Assembly (NCBI GenBank): GCA_030704615.1
Contig: CM060731.1
Coordinates: forward strand, 86,676,001-86,740,000
Origin: Takakia lepidozioides
Lineage: Eukaryota; Plantae; Bryophyta
Length of the DNA: 64,000 nucleotides
Reading direction: 5' to 3'
Part shown: one piece after another, positions 1 through 10,624 of the stretch
Layout: every line of letters starts with the position of its first letter
Position numbering within the stretch: position 1 is the stretch's first letter
The notes under the pieces: generated by a model
Databases searched by the model: none
What the model was told of the DNA's origin: nothing
The model's input: the letters and a program-made list of their open reading frames with translations, nothing else
Made by a program: the position numbers and the translations under genes

Positions 1-686
1 ACATGGCCAGTCACGGCACGGCACAGTTACAGCCCGACACAGCTTGGCACAGCCCGTCACAGCGTTCACAAGGAACTGTCATCACGGGAGGGAACGACTG
101 TGTAGGAACGACATCTGCAGAGGGAACGTGCATTCTGTCTTGGATGACAGTTAGTTGGTTAGGCGGTTAGAACAGCTTGCAGATAGAATAGGCAGGGTAG
201 CGACATGGAGGGGGACACTTCTTGGATCATGACGAGCATCAGGGGGAGAAGCACGATCTTGAGCACAGGGATGGAGGAGAGATGATCTGTTGATGCTTGA
301 TACATGCAAGTTGTAGAGGTGTACTGTAGGACAGAATAGAGACACCATGGCTTTGGCCTGATACATGATAGATATAAATCTGATTCATATTTCATACTCG
401 CACTGTGTAGAGGGATCTGAGTGAAGCTCTGGAATGAATGCCTGAGTAGATGGAACATGGTAGATTGCAAAAGCAATCTGATACTTACACCTAGGTAGGC
501 AGTAAGGTAACTTACTAAATATGAATGCAAGAAGGGACTGATAAAGGGAAGCATCCCCATGATACACTAGCTGTAGTCATGACTGATTGTTCTGATCGGG
601 ATGAGTACTTAGAGATATCCAACTCTTCTATCTTGGAGTTTCCACCTCGGATAGCGAAGGGATGGGTGAGTAAAAGCCGCTCAACA
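1..686 (+). mobile_element. 3' part of the 5' LTR of an Ogre/Tat-like Ty3/gypsy retrotransposon (family A)
   Basis: Ends ...AGCCGCTCAACA directly before a PBS. Colinear and similar to the solo LTR at 36661-37668 (e.g. 557-682 vs 37537-37662). Confidence 0.85.
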
Positions 687-688
687 TT

Positions 689-706
689 TGGCGACCATAC
701 TGGGGA
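689..706 (+). promoter_or_regulatory. Primer-binding site (TGGCGACCATACTGGGGA), tRNA-Arg type as in Tat/Ogre elements
   Basis: TGG-starting 18-mer 2 nt after the LTR terminal CA; resembles the TGGCGAC..CTGGGGA PBS of Ogre/Tat. Confidence 0.7.
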
Positions 707-814
707 ACTGAGTCAAGAACAACCAGATATGACAAGCAACTGGTGGGATCATGGTGGATGGAGAATCAAGGAATTTGATGTGAATCAAATTCCCTGTGAA
801 ACTGAGAAAGAAAG

Positions 815-1671
815 TTGTCCAAACGATTTTTTCAGAGGTTCTTGGAATTGCCAGACGGTTGCAAGGAAAATATTCTCAAGAGAGTGCATGATGCTGATCC
901 AGAGTGGGGTCTAGAAAAAGGAGTGATAAAGATTTATCAAGTGGCCTGTAAAGGGAGAGCAAGTTGGTTACCAACACTGGTTTATGTGATAGCGTTGCTA
1001 TCCATTAAACGAGTGGAGTTTGAAGGCTGGGAGGAACGGAAAGTGAATGTTTTTACTCATATGCATGAAGAGCTTGTATTGGTAAAGAATTGGATTCACA
1101 ATGATATCTTGTGGATCAAACTTACACCAAAAATAGCTTTTCAGACCTGTTTGTCATATGGGTATATGGTAACGGAACCTTCTAGCCTAGCCAAGGGTAC
1201 ATTAAAGCTTGAAAGAAATCCAGGCATATACGAGAGATACTACAGGAGAGAGTTTTGGTTATTACCTCATCAAAGACGTGAAAGATATGGGTCATGAGTG
1301 ATGAAAGGGAAGCTAGACTCCATAGATATTCAGTGAAAATGGAAAGCTATTTAAAGGCTAATTATCCGTATCTTTGGCAGAAGGGAATAGATATAGGAGA
1401 GTCATCTGGGACTCTCACACCACCAAGACCAGAAAGTTCATCACCCATACCTGAAGATTCTAATTTAGAGATCACACCTATTTATTCTTTACAAGAGAGA
1501 TTAAAAGATCTGGTGGAAGAAGAAGGTCAAGTACAAGGGGAAAGATCTGAAGGGAATCCCTGGATTAAAGATTTGACAGAAATCTTTGATCAAAGTTGGC
1601 ACTGTACACCCAGAGCAGAAACACTAGCTAACGAGAGGGAAGAGGAAGAAGAAGGCCATCAGAGAGTTTAG
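815..1671 (+). pseudogene. Extra 5' ORF between PBS and gag (Ogre-like), frameshifted
   Basis: Two overlapping ORFs (815-1297, 1294-1671) with protein-like composition lie between the PBS and gag. No recognised domain. Confidence 0.5.
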
Positions 1672-1700
1672 ACACTCCAACACCACTTCAGTTAAGTTAT

Positions 1701-2835
1701 ATGAGTGAGGAAGAAGAAATCCAAGATGAGAACTTGGAAGATGGAAATAGAGAGAAAAACTTGGAAGACAAGGGGTATGAAGACGTAGACCCAACAGTTG
1801 AGGTTGAGACTACAACCAGGACATCCCAAACTGTTGGACCTGGATCAAATGGAATCTGGCTCTGGGGGGACAAGGAGTGTGGGAAGTCACTGCAACTGGT
1901 GCTGGGGGTACTGCAAATACAGGGGGGCCAGTAGCAGGAAGTGCTCAGGGGCCAGCACCTGGTGGGAGTTCGACCACAACCACTGCAGGTCCTCAAGGAC
2001 CAGCACCTACAGGAGGACCATCACCTGCCACAGGGCAGGGAGTTGGGCCATAGATGGTGGCAGTAGCCCCAACGCGAGCGAAACCACCTTTTCCAATCTA
2101 TGGAGGGAAAGGGAATCCAGATGTACATGTCAATCAGTTTGAGAAAATGTGCATAGTGAACCATGAGAATGATGATTATTCAAAGTTAAGACTATTCCCT
2201 TGTTCACTTATCAAGAAGGCAAGTGAGTGGTATGCTCGATTTCCTGATGACAATTTCCAAACCTGGGATGACCTTAGCACAGCATTCCGGAACAGATTTA
2301 GGACAAGCAAAACTGAGGACGAAGTGTACAATAGCCTACAATAGTTGAGACAAAAGAAGCATGAAACTGTTGAAGAATACATGGAGAAGATGGAGTTAAT
2401 GATAAGAAAGTTGGCTGCTGTGCCAGCAGCAGGATTACAGAAGACTTGGTTTGTGAGTGGACTAAGACCGGAATTACAAAAGAAAGTGGATATGCTACCC
2501 CATCATACAGTGGAGGAAGCATTCGAAACAGCCAACAGAATTGAGCAATTAGGAATGCTCAGGAAGGAAAAGAGGGATGATGATGACTCTGAAGATGAGT
2601 CAGATGAGGGAATAGGGCCCACCCCTGAAAAGGGGCAGTAGCCGCAAGGCAAAGTGACTCTTAGTTACGCCGGCCTCGGTCGGAGTCTTCTCTCTCTCTC
2701 TCTCTCAGATGAGGAAGAAGAGCAAGAGCTCAAAAGGAAGAACAAAAAGAAGGAAAGGTTGAAGAAGGACAACTATGAAAAGAGATTGGAAGAAATCTTG
2801 AAGAAGTATGCAACGAGGCTACAACCCATTGGAGG
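1701..2835 (+). pseudogene. gag: Ty3/gypsy gag, N-terminal part
   Basis: PPFPIYGGKGNPDVHVNQFE...KLRLFPCSL...ASEWY...TWDDLSTAFRNRF and QKKHETVEEY...FVSGLRPEL are retrotransposon-gag motifs. Contains in-frame stops, an insertion at 2610-2704, and is broken at 2836. Confidence 0.85.
2610..2704 (+). mobile_element. ~95-nt SINE-like retroposed element with a (TC)n tail, copy 1
   Basis: Flanked by the direct repeat TCAGATGAGG (2600-2609 / 2705-2714) inside gag. A second copy lies at 59426-59524 (minus). Confidence 0.8.
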
Positions 2836-3065
2836 CAGGGATGCCTCGGCGTGAGCCTGGTCGCGTGAGCGCAACTGCGCTCACGCCACGTCACCTTGCG
2901 CCAACGCCACATCACGGGGCTCACTCCACGTCATCGCGCTTGAAGGCCGCGTCACCACGCGCCAAGGAAGAAGTGGAGTGTATTCCCGCGGAAGAGCACC
3001 CTTTACCGCGGAAACAAGCTGGACGACATAATAAAAAGACGTGGTCATTCCCACCTGAAAGCAAC

Positions 3066-3425
3066 AGATGAATGAAGGATGGATGAATGTAGAGTGGATG
3101 ATATATAGATGGATGAATGCGAAAAATGAAAGTAGATGGATGAATGTGGGATGGGTAAGAGTAAAATGGATGAATATATAATGGATGTTGAATAATGGCA
3201 AACATTCATGACTGGAGGATGCATGAATACTCTGTAGATGAATGCACAATGTATATGACATGAGTGTGGTAGGTTTGTGGGGTGGATTACAGAGTACAGT
3301 GGATGAATGTACAATGGATGTTGAATAATGGAAAACATTCATGAATGGAGCACGCATGAATACACAGTATATGAATGGACAATGGATATGACAAGAGTGA
3401 GTGGGGTTTGTGAGATGGATTCATA
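3066..3425. repeat. GGATGAAT-rich subterminal repeat array with an internal ~130-bp duplication
   Basis: Repeated GGATGAAT/ATGGATG; AATGGATGTTGAATAATGG occurs at ~3180 and ~3313. Confidence 0.7.
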
Positions 3426-4566
3426 CATATTGCCATTTTAATGAAAGTGGATTCTTTGATTCTTTTTTTTTTTTTCTGCCGGAACAACTACAGTGGAGTA
3501 CGGGGATTCAATGTTTTCCGAAGAGGATGAAACAGAACATTAAAAGAACAAAGTTCAGTCTGACTCAGAGTCAGTACAATGTATCCCCGCGTCCTTTGCA
3601 TCTAAGTCCAAGTATTTAAGAACTCCGGATCTACGCTGGCTACACCTGCGGCCGGGCAATAAAAAGTCAAGGGATAGAGACTCGGCCGCATGAAGTGCCA
3701 TTGCTTCGGCATACACAGGAAGCAGAAAATTGGAAAGGGGGCTGTCGAAAACAGTCTCGCCACAAATGGGGGTATCTCCTGAAGATCCATCGCTGCTTTC
3801 CTGCAAGTCACAGTCCGAAAAAAGTTATTACTGTAAATTTGATGTCCGAGAAATTGAATATGGCTCCCAAAGTGGGTTTAGGACTTACTCACATGAAAAG
3901 TCATTGTCGACCTACTTATCCTCGGGATCGTCATCATTTCGGATTTGAATCGTCTCAGTCTATGTGCCTGAAGTGGAGCCAGACAAAAGGGGGAAGAGCA
4001 CTGTCTTGTAAAGGTCAGAATCACCCTCCATGCCAAAAAAGCTTCTTCCGCCTGCCTTGCGTGCATGGTAAGTTGCTCCTGCACCAGACAGGAGGACATG
4101 AACAGGTTGGTGGGGGGGGGGATTTAAGAAGATGAAACTGGTGAAAGAAAATCAATTCAGAAGGGAGAGAACGAACCTGTGGACACAGAAAGATTGACCA
4201 CCCGTGCAGAATGGTGGCTGCATGACTCCAGCAGTGTCTGCATGAACGCTGGGGTTTTTTCCTTTGCACCTCTCTAGGGAGTGCCATCTGGTCTCTTGAG
4301 AGTCTGACTGGATTGCATGAAGTTGTACAAAATGTCATCGACATGCGGCTCGTACGGGGGGTTGACGAAACAACCCTGGTCAGAAATCTCAAAGCTGCGG
4401 ACGGAGAATGGTGTATTTGAGGTGTATTCCTCCGCAGGCAGATCGCCTCGAACATCCTCGTCTGCCAAAGACTACAGGTTAGGGTGCTAAACACAAACTA
4501 TAGTGGAAGTTTGTACATTGGCTATTCAAAACACAGGCATACAATAATCTGTTTTGTCACGAATCT

Positions 4567-7500
4567 GTGATGATCGGTGTCGATCATTACAGATTCTTCT
4601 AGAGTGGAGCTGCAGAGAACATTGAAACGCAGCATGAAAGCACAAGCAGAAGGGAGACAGCATACCAGCTGACCAGGACAACCCCCTTTCACAAAGTAGA
4701 GGTTGTTCACACAATTCCATGTGCGCAAAACTTCAAACCCAGAGGATTTTAGGTATGATGCCAATGCCCGACGACTATCTTTGTCACATGACTGAAAAAG
4801 CAGAGAGGAAATTATTGCAAAACCCGAACACCCAACTCCAGTAGTTATCATCGAATTTGTTCCAGCTTGGCGTCTTGCCCTTCGGAAGAACTTCTAGCAC
4901 AGCCTGGCCGTCCGGGATGTCAAGAATGACCATGTCAGCCGCAAATGTTTTCTGCACACCGCACACGAAGGTGGGACCAGTGCTCACCTGCAACAGACAT
5001 GTTCAATTTTAGAACGAAGAGAAGAATGTTTTCAAAGAAACAAACTTTAATACTGCAAATGACACTTACAGATGCAAAAGAAAGAAAATCAAATTCTCAC
5101 CAGATTAAGGAATGAGATCATGTTGTCCCAGGTAGGCGAAGGCACCCCAGTGTATCCTCTCTTTTGACTCTGCATCAACGTCAGCCAACCCTCATTGACA
5201 ATCTTAATCTCTCCTGCCGAATCAGCACGAGAAGGGTGTGGCCTGGCATCGAACACGCACTGAATTGTGCGGGTATACCTTCCAGCAGTGAAGTCCTTCT
5301 CACTCTCCTTTTCCTTCTCCCTCTCCATTTCTTTCTCCTTCCCCTTGTCCTTTTCCTTCTCCTTGTCCTTGGACTTGTCTTTGTCCTTTAGCTTTGCTGG
5401 TGACCTAGCTACGACATCAGGAGCCTTGTCTTTTGGTTTGCGCCCCGCCTTCTTACCCTTCTGCGTCGTTTCCTGAGCATCATGCTCCTTGGCAGCCAAT
5501 GTTGCTATGTTTCTTTGGTACTCCTCGTCATCCAGAGGCGCCAGCATCTCAGCATTATTGTTCAAGTATTTCATGTGCTGCTCTTGAAAAGTCGTGTGCT
5601 CAGGTAGGAAATCTAGGTACCAACCACAGTCTCTAAAGTGAGAAGGACTCCAGTCCTTCAATATCCCTGCAGTGTACATGGTTGGATCGTTTGCAGGGTC
5701 CGACCACATGTCAAGATAGTCTGGAATACCGCTGAGGTGATTTCCATCCATAAGCACATATTTTGTGTACCTGTGAAACACGAGACAAAACCCAACCCAC
5801 CAAAGCGCAAAGTGAGTAAGATGCCAGTAGCACAGAATGAAAAAAACGAGGAAGGAAATGAGTTGACAATTTTTAATCTACTTGCTTCCCTTTGTATTCT
5901 GCACGGAAATATCCCTAACCTATTGGAAATAAACCTATCAATGTAAAAGCACATTGCAAGGAAAGTGAATGTCGGCAACGACATTCAGAAAACTCGAGTG
6001 AGGAACTCTCACTAAAAAATCAATGGATCATACAAAACGTACAATAAATCTCAGGAGTTCACAACAGCTCTGGATGTGAATGTCGTCAACGACATTCACA
6101 AAATTCCATTCAAGGACACTACAAACACACCCTAAGTTCCTAATCCAGGTGAATGCAATCTCTAGCTTTGGAAGGACACAGACATAGAAGTGAATGTCGG
6201 CACCGACATTCACTTTGGATCTGTGATTACACTGCTAACAAAGCCTAACAATTTCTCACAAGAGGCAACACAGTTTCCAGTAGGACATTCAACATACAAA
6301 ACGTACAATATATCTCAGGAGCTCACAACAGCTCTGGATGTGAATGTCGTCAACGACATTCACAAAATTCAATTCAAGGACACTGCAAACACACCCTAAG
6401 TTCCTAATCCAGGTCAATGCAATCTCTAGCTTTGGAAGGACACAGACATAGAAGTGAATGTCGGCACCGACATTCACTTTGGATCTGTGATTACACTGCT
6501 AACAAAGCCTAACAATTTCTCACAAGAGGCAACACAGTTTCCAGTAGGACATTGCACCTGTACACAACTCGCATCATGGCCCACTCTCCCCCAACCTGAC
6601 TGTCAAAGTCGTTGGACCGTAAAATGTTACCATCATTGGAGAACTCTCGGAAAAAACAGTATCTCCAAGTGAGACCTCTCCACTTCCTTATGTATGCCTC
6701 CAATGTCATTTGAGGCGGGGAAACAATAGAAATGTTCAAGTCCTTCAAAGTCTGCTCGAGCACAATGATTGCGCGCTTCTCCAGCTGCAAATGGTACATT
6801 TGTCAGTTTTGCAAATAAGGTACTCATCACATTCATGAAGTCAACAAAGATGGAATTTCTTTGAATACACACCTGACTCCAAAATGTAGCCTTGTGAAGC
6901 CAGTTGTCAAACACAATGTCACTGATTCCTTCCACCTTTGTGTCAGGCTGTATAGTGCTCTTTGGGAACTGATTCAAGTCCTTCACTGTCTGATCTGAGT
7001 TCCAAATCTCCAGCCATCTTATTTTGGTTTGGGGGTCGACCATGGAGATGGCCAGCCGGTGCAATTTCTCCTGCTGCATCTCCGGGTGCACATGCTTGTC
7101 ATTGTGAGATTTGATCTGCAGAAGGAACTCATCACCAAGGCCAGGATCTACTATTCTAAGCTGCTTTGAGAAGGCGGACATCAGTTTGGTTATGCGGATT
7201 TCATACTTCTTCTTTATTGCTGCTTCCACACCCTTTGATGTCCTAAGTTCCTATGTTGTAGTGTGGTAGTATTCGGATTTCCTCTTTTCAGCTGCCTTTG
7301 CCAGTTCCTGCTGCATTGATCAAAATAGGGATGAGTACAAAACGAAATATGTATTCAGAAAGACAAGTGAGTACAGGCTCGGCCTTACCGCATACATGTA
7401 CTCCAGAAACGCCTCTCGAGTCAAAGAATACCAAGTGCCTGCAGCTCTTTCTGTTTCGCACTTCTTGATTGTATCGGGGTGGAGTACTGTGCGAAAATCA

Positions 7501-9282
7501 TCCAGCTTCATCAGACCAATCCTCTAAATTTGGAACAGTGTGTGGACCAAACTTGTTGTCACATGCGATTTCTCTGTCAATCTGCAAATTTTTTGGAAAC
7601 AATGCATTGGTAAACATCGTTTTTGGGTGGGATTAACAAGACATTGGAGAGGCAATAGAGTCTTTAGGATGACTTACTTGATCACGTTGTGCATAGCTGT
7701 AAGAAGCCTAGCGATGTCGTTTCCAGGATCCAAAACCATTGCCTCTACAACAACATGCTTGTCTTTGTCTTTTGCATGATGTTTCTGAATGTATCCCATC
7801 CATGCCAGCAATCGGTGGTTGATGTCCCAGACGTAGAATATGTGGTTGCAAAATTGCTGGGTGTTTCTTCCCATCATGAGGCCCAGCTCGAACTCCTCAT
7901 TAACATCCTTCCAGCACTCATCCCAGGTATCTGTGATCTCAGGAGACACTAATGTGCTTTTCCCATTTGTATCCGTCAGTGACACATAAAAAACTTGTGC
8001 ACCAAGTTTGTATCCATGCACGAAATCAGTTTCCAATTTTGTAATGTCATGGGAAAGAGGAGGACGCACAACATGCATAGATATCATCCGGCATAGTGGG
8101 ATGTCCAGACGCCCTCCAGAGACGAGCATGTCCCTAATAACCTCATGAGAGTTTACCTTCTGGAATGACATGAGTTCTTTCACCTTGTCAAGGTAGTGCA
8201 CTTCAGGTTCATTTGCTTCATCGCTATTCTCAAAGCTCTTGGCAGACTCGTCCCCATCTCCAGAACCTTTTGCCTCTGTTCCTGTCTGCTTGGACTTCAC
8301 AGTTTTCTGCACGATGCCATGCCAATCAGACAGTGAGTTATGTACAAATAGTGAACGTCGGTACCGACCATCAGTCTGTCTCGTCTCAAATAACAGTGAA
8401 TGGCGGCACCGACATTCACAACCATCTACACAAGCAAAGCTGATCCAGACGAATGCAAACCAAAACAATATGACTATATAGTGATGGTCGGTACCGACAA
8501 TCACTATGTTTTTGGGCAAACAAGTACAGAGAGGCTCTGAGCATTAGCGAACGGCGTTAACGACAATAAAAAAAAAAAAAACATTTGAAGGACCTACTGG
8601 ATCGGTTTGGTGCAATGAAATATATGTCTTAGTGATTGGTGGCACCGACACTCACTCTAGTTTAGGGCAGAAAGTGAGTGCAGATAAGTCAGAGAGACTC
8701 CATTGTGATGATCGTCACAAACAATCACTGTTTCTTGTCTATCTGGAATGTACTTTGCAATCGATACTCTACATGAATCTACAGTATGGTCTCAAAAAAA
8801 GTGATTGGCGGTACTGCCATTCCACTTCCCTAATCTGTTCAACCTGAAATAGAGAAAATGCAATGCAAGACTATATGACTGAATATGTCGACCATCACTC
8901 TCTCTCCACGCATATAGGTACAGGAAGCTCATGAGGAGAATCGAATGGCGTTAACAACACTCGCACTACACTAGAATGGAATGCATTGCGTTTGGTGTAA
9001 GTCAATACTAGATCATAGTTACTGTCGGCACCGACACTCACTTTCTGTTGTATCAGATGAGAGTTTTGAAAAGAAAGAGAATGACGTTGCCGACAATCAC
9101 AGGTTCCTGCTATAGAATGAAAGAGAAGGAGTGCTTGAAAGACAATCAGACTGACTCTATGATCTGAAGAACAGTGAATGGCGGTACCGCCAGTCACAAA
9201 CTGCTGGTGTGGAAAACCATAAACAGAGGAGTACAAAGCAAATCAACATGGCTTCATAGTGATGGTCGGTACCGACCATCAC
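4567..9282. repeat. Dispersed 24-bp palindrome GTGA(A/T)(T/G)G(T/G)CGG(T/C)ACCG(A/C)C..TCAC, ~15 copies in introns
   Basis: Copies start at 4567, 5965, 6076, 6190, 6340, 6454, 8351, 8396, 8481, 8632, 8801, 9018, 9077, 9174 and 9259. The 9259-9282 copy is a perfect palindrome. Confidence 0.88.
6028..6553. repeat. Intronic tandem duplication, 2 x 264 bp
   Basis: CATACAAAACGTACAATA.ATCTCAGGAG starts at 6028 and 6292; the two units are nearly identical. Confidence 0.9.
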
Positions 9283-10624
9283 TTTCTAGGACATTGCACT
9301 CACTTTCTTCGTAGATCTGTAAACATGAAATGGAAGGTAGAGAACACTTATTGGGGCCTTCTTAGGTTTTGAATTTGGATCCCCTTCAGCAGCTTTCTAC
9401 TTCCCTCTCACATCTGCTGGAATTTATGTCTGCTCTAAGGTTTGTAGACCTTCTCCCGGTTCAGCGTTCCCCGGACTTCCACCTCCTTCAGTTTCCCTGC
9501 GAATCAGCTCTGCTTCCACAGTCTGGTTTCCAACGCTCAATGTTCTCTCTGACTGTGTGACAGCTGCAGCCTTATTCTCGGTCTGCTCTTGTGTTGCAGT
9601 CTCCGCGTTCACCTGCTGCCGTGGCCCTGTGTTCTCCATCAAATGACGCCTCGTCATTTGCTCTCTTGCTCTGAGTCTCTCTCTAAGGGAAGTAAAATAA
9701 AGTGACTTCCTTCTCTTTTGTATCGTAGAAGGAACCCTCTCCAGCTTAACTACCTCTCTCCCTCTAAGTGCAGAAACTAGAAAGACAAAGTGACTCTCGA
9801 TTTCTTGCGGAGTTGCTTGCGTTGGGGATTGTCTCTAGAAGCATCGGATTCCCTCTCGCGTGACCGTTACACAAATGTCGTTCCCTTATTAGTGTACTAG
9901 CCAGCCATTAGTGGACAGCTATTCGTCTGCAATGTAGTTATCGATGTCTGCCGTGTCGCCCAAAATGAACGGCGTGTCGTTTATTTGAACGGTTTCAATA
10001 ATTGAAAATAACAGCGACATATATTATAGATGAATATAACATTGCATATAAACAATTAGCTGGTCTGACTGCTCAGCCTCAGACAATGCCTATGCCATCA
10101 GAACCTTGGCACCGTGGAATAAAAAATATGGGGCCATCTGGCGCACAATCTCAGACAAATAAATGTAAATGAACGAGTGTTTGATGACAAATTTTTGGAT
10201 ATCATACACATTCATCCTTGTAAGCCAACCCCACGTTCATTTCATAGTTTGGACTTTCCAGATGCGCATGATCATTGGTACTAGTATAAAGATGCATTTA
10301 CTTCATCTACTATCCCACCCTCAGATCCTTTGGCACACTTCCGAGAAGTTGGCTGGTTATTATGTTTATTGATGAGGTTCTGAATAAAGGTTTAACAGCT
10401 ACCGAAATTGCTCCTAGGGATACTCTGTCTACAGGGCCCACAAAAAAAGTAATTAAAATGGACGGCTGCATGTCTGGAAGGAATAATAGAATGTGCACAA
10501 TCATCGTGTGAGCTTTCTCCGCGATATTCTCTGCTCATTCTTCAACAGTGTTTTGGAGACCTCAGTCAACAGATTTCACTGAAGAGCTGCGATAACAAGG
10601 CATCTTCGTACGAGAGGAGGCAAG

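Larger units (their letters stand above)
3555..9657 (-). pseudogene. MULE accessory gene, multi-exon: ParB/Srx-like domain + charged linker + beta-class amino (N6A/N4C) DNA methyltransferase-like domain; decayed
   Basis: GT-AG bounded exons at approx. 8306-7678, 7581-7389, 7310-6558, 5770-5101, 4987-4666, 4461-4177 and 4078-~3890, plus 5' exon(s) from 9657 and a last exon ~3800-3555. Motifs: VRP...FYVWDINHRLLAW (ParB DGxHR-like, 7812-7826); ADMVILDIPDG..WN...YWSWVFGFCNNFL (motif IV region, 4910-4921); spliced P*RGAKEKTPAFMQTLLESCSHHSARVVNLSVSTG|ATYHARKAGGRSFFGMEGDSDLY (motifs X-I-II). Confidence 0.72.

Noticed and set aside
8351-9282. CRISPR array from the 24-bp palindromes
   Set aside because: Spacing is irregular (~20-190 bp), the repeats vary, and they are intronic; better explained as binding-site-like motifs.
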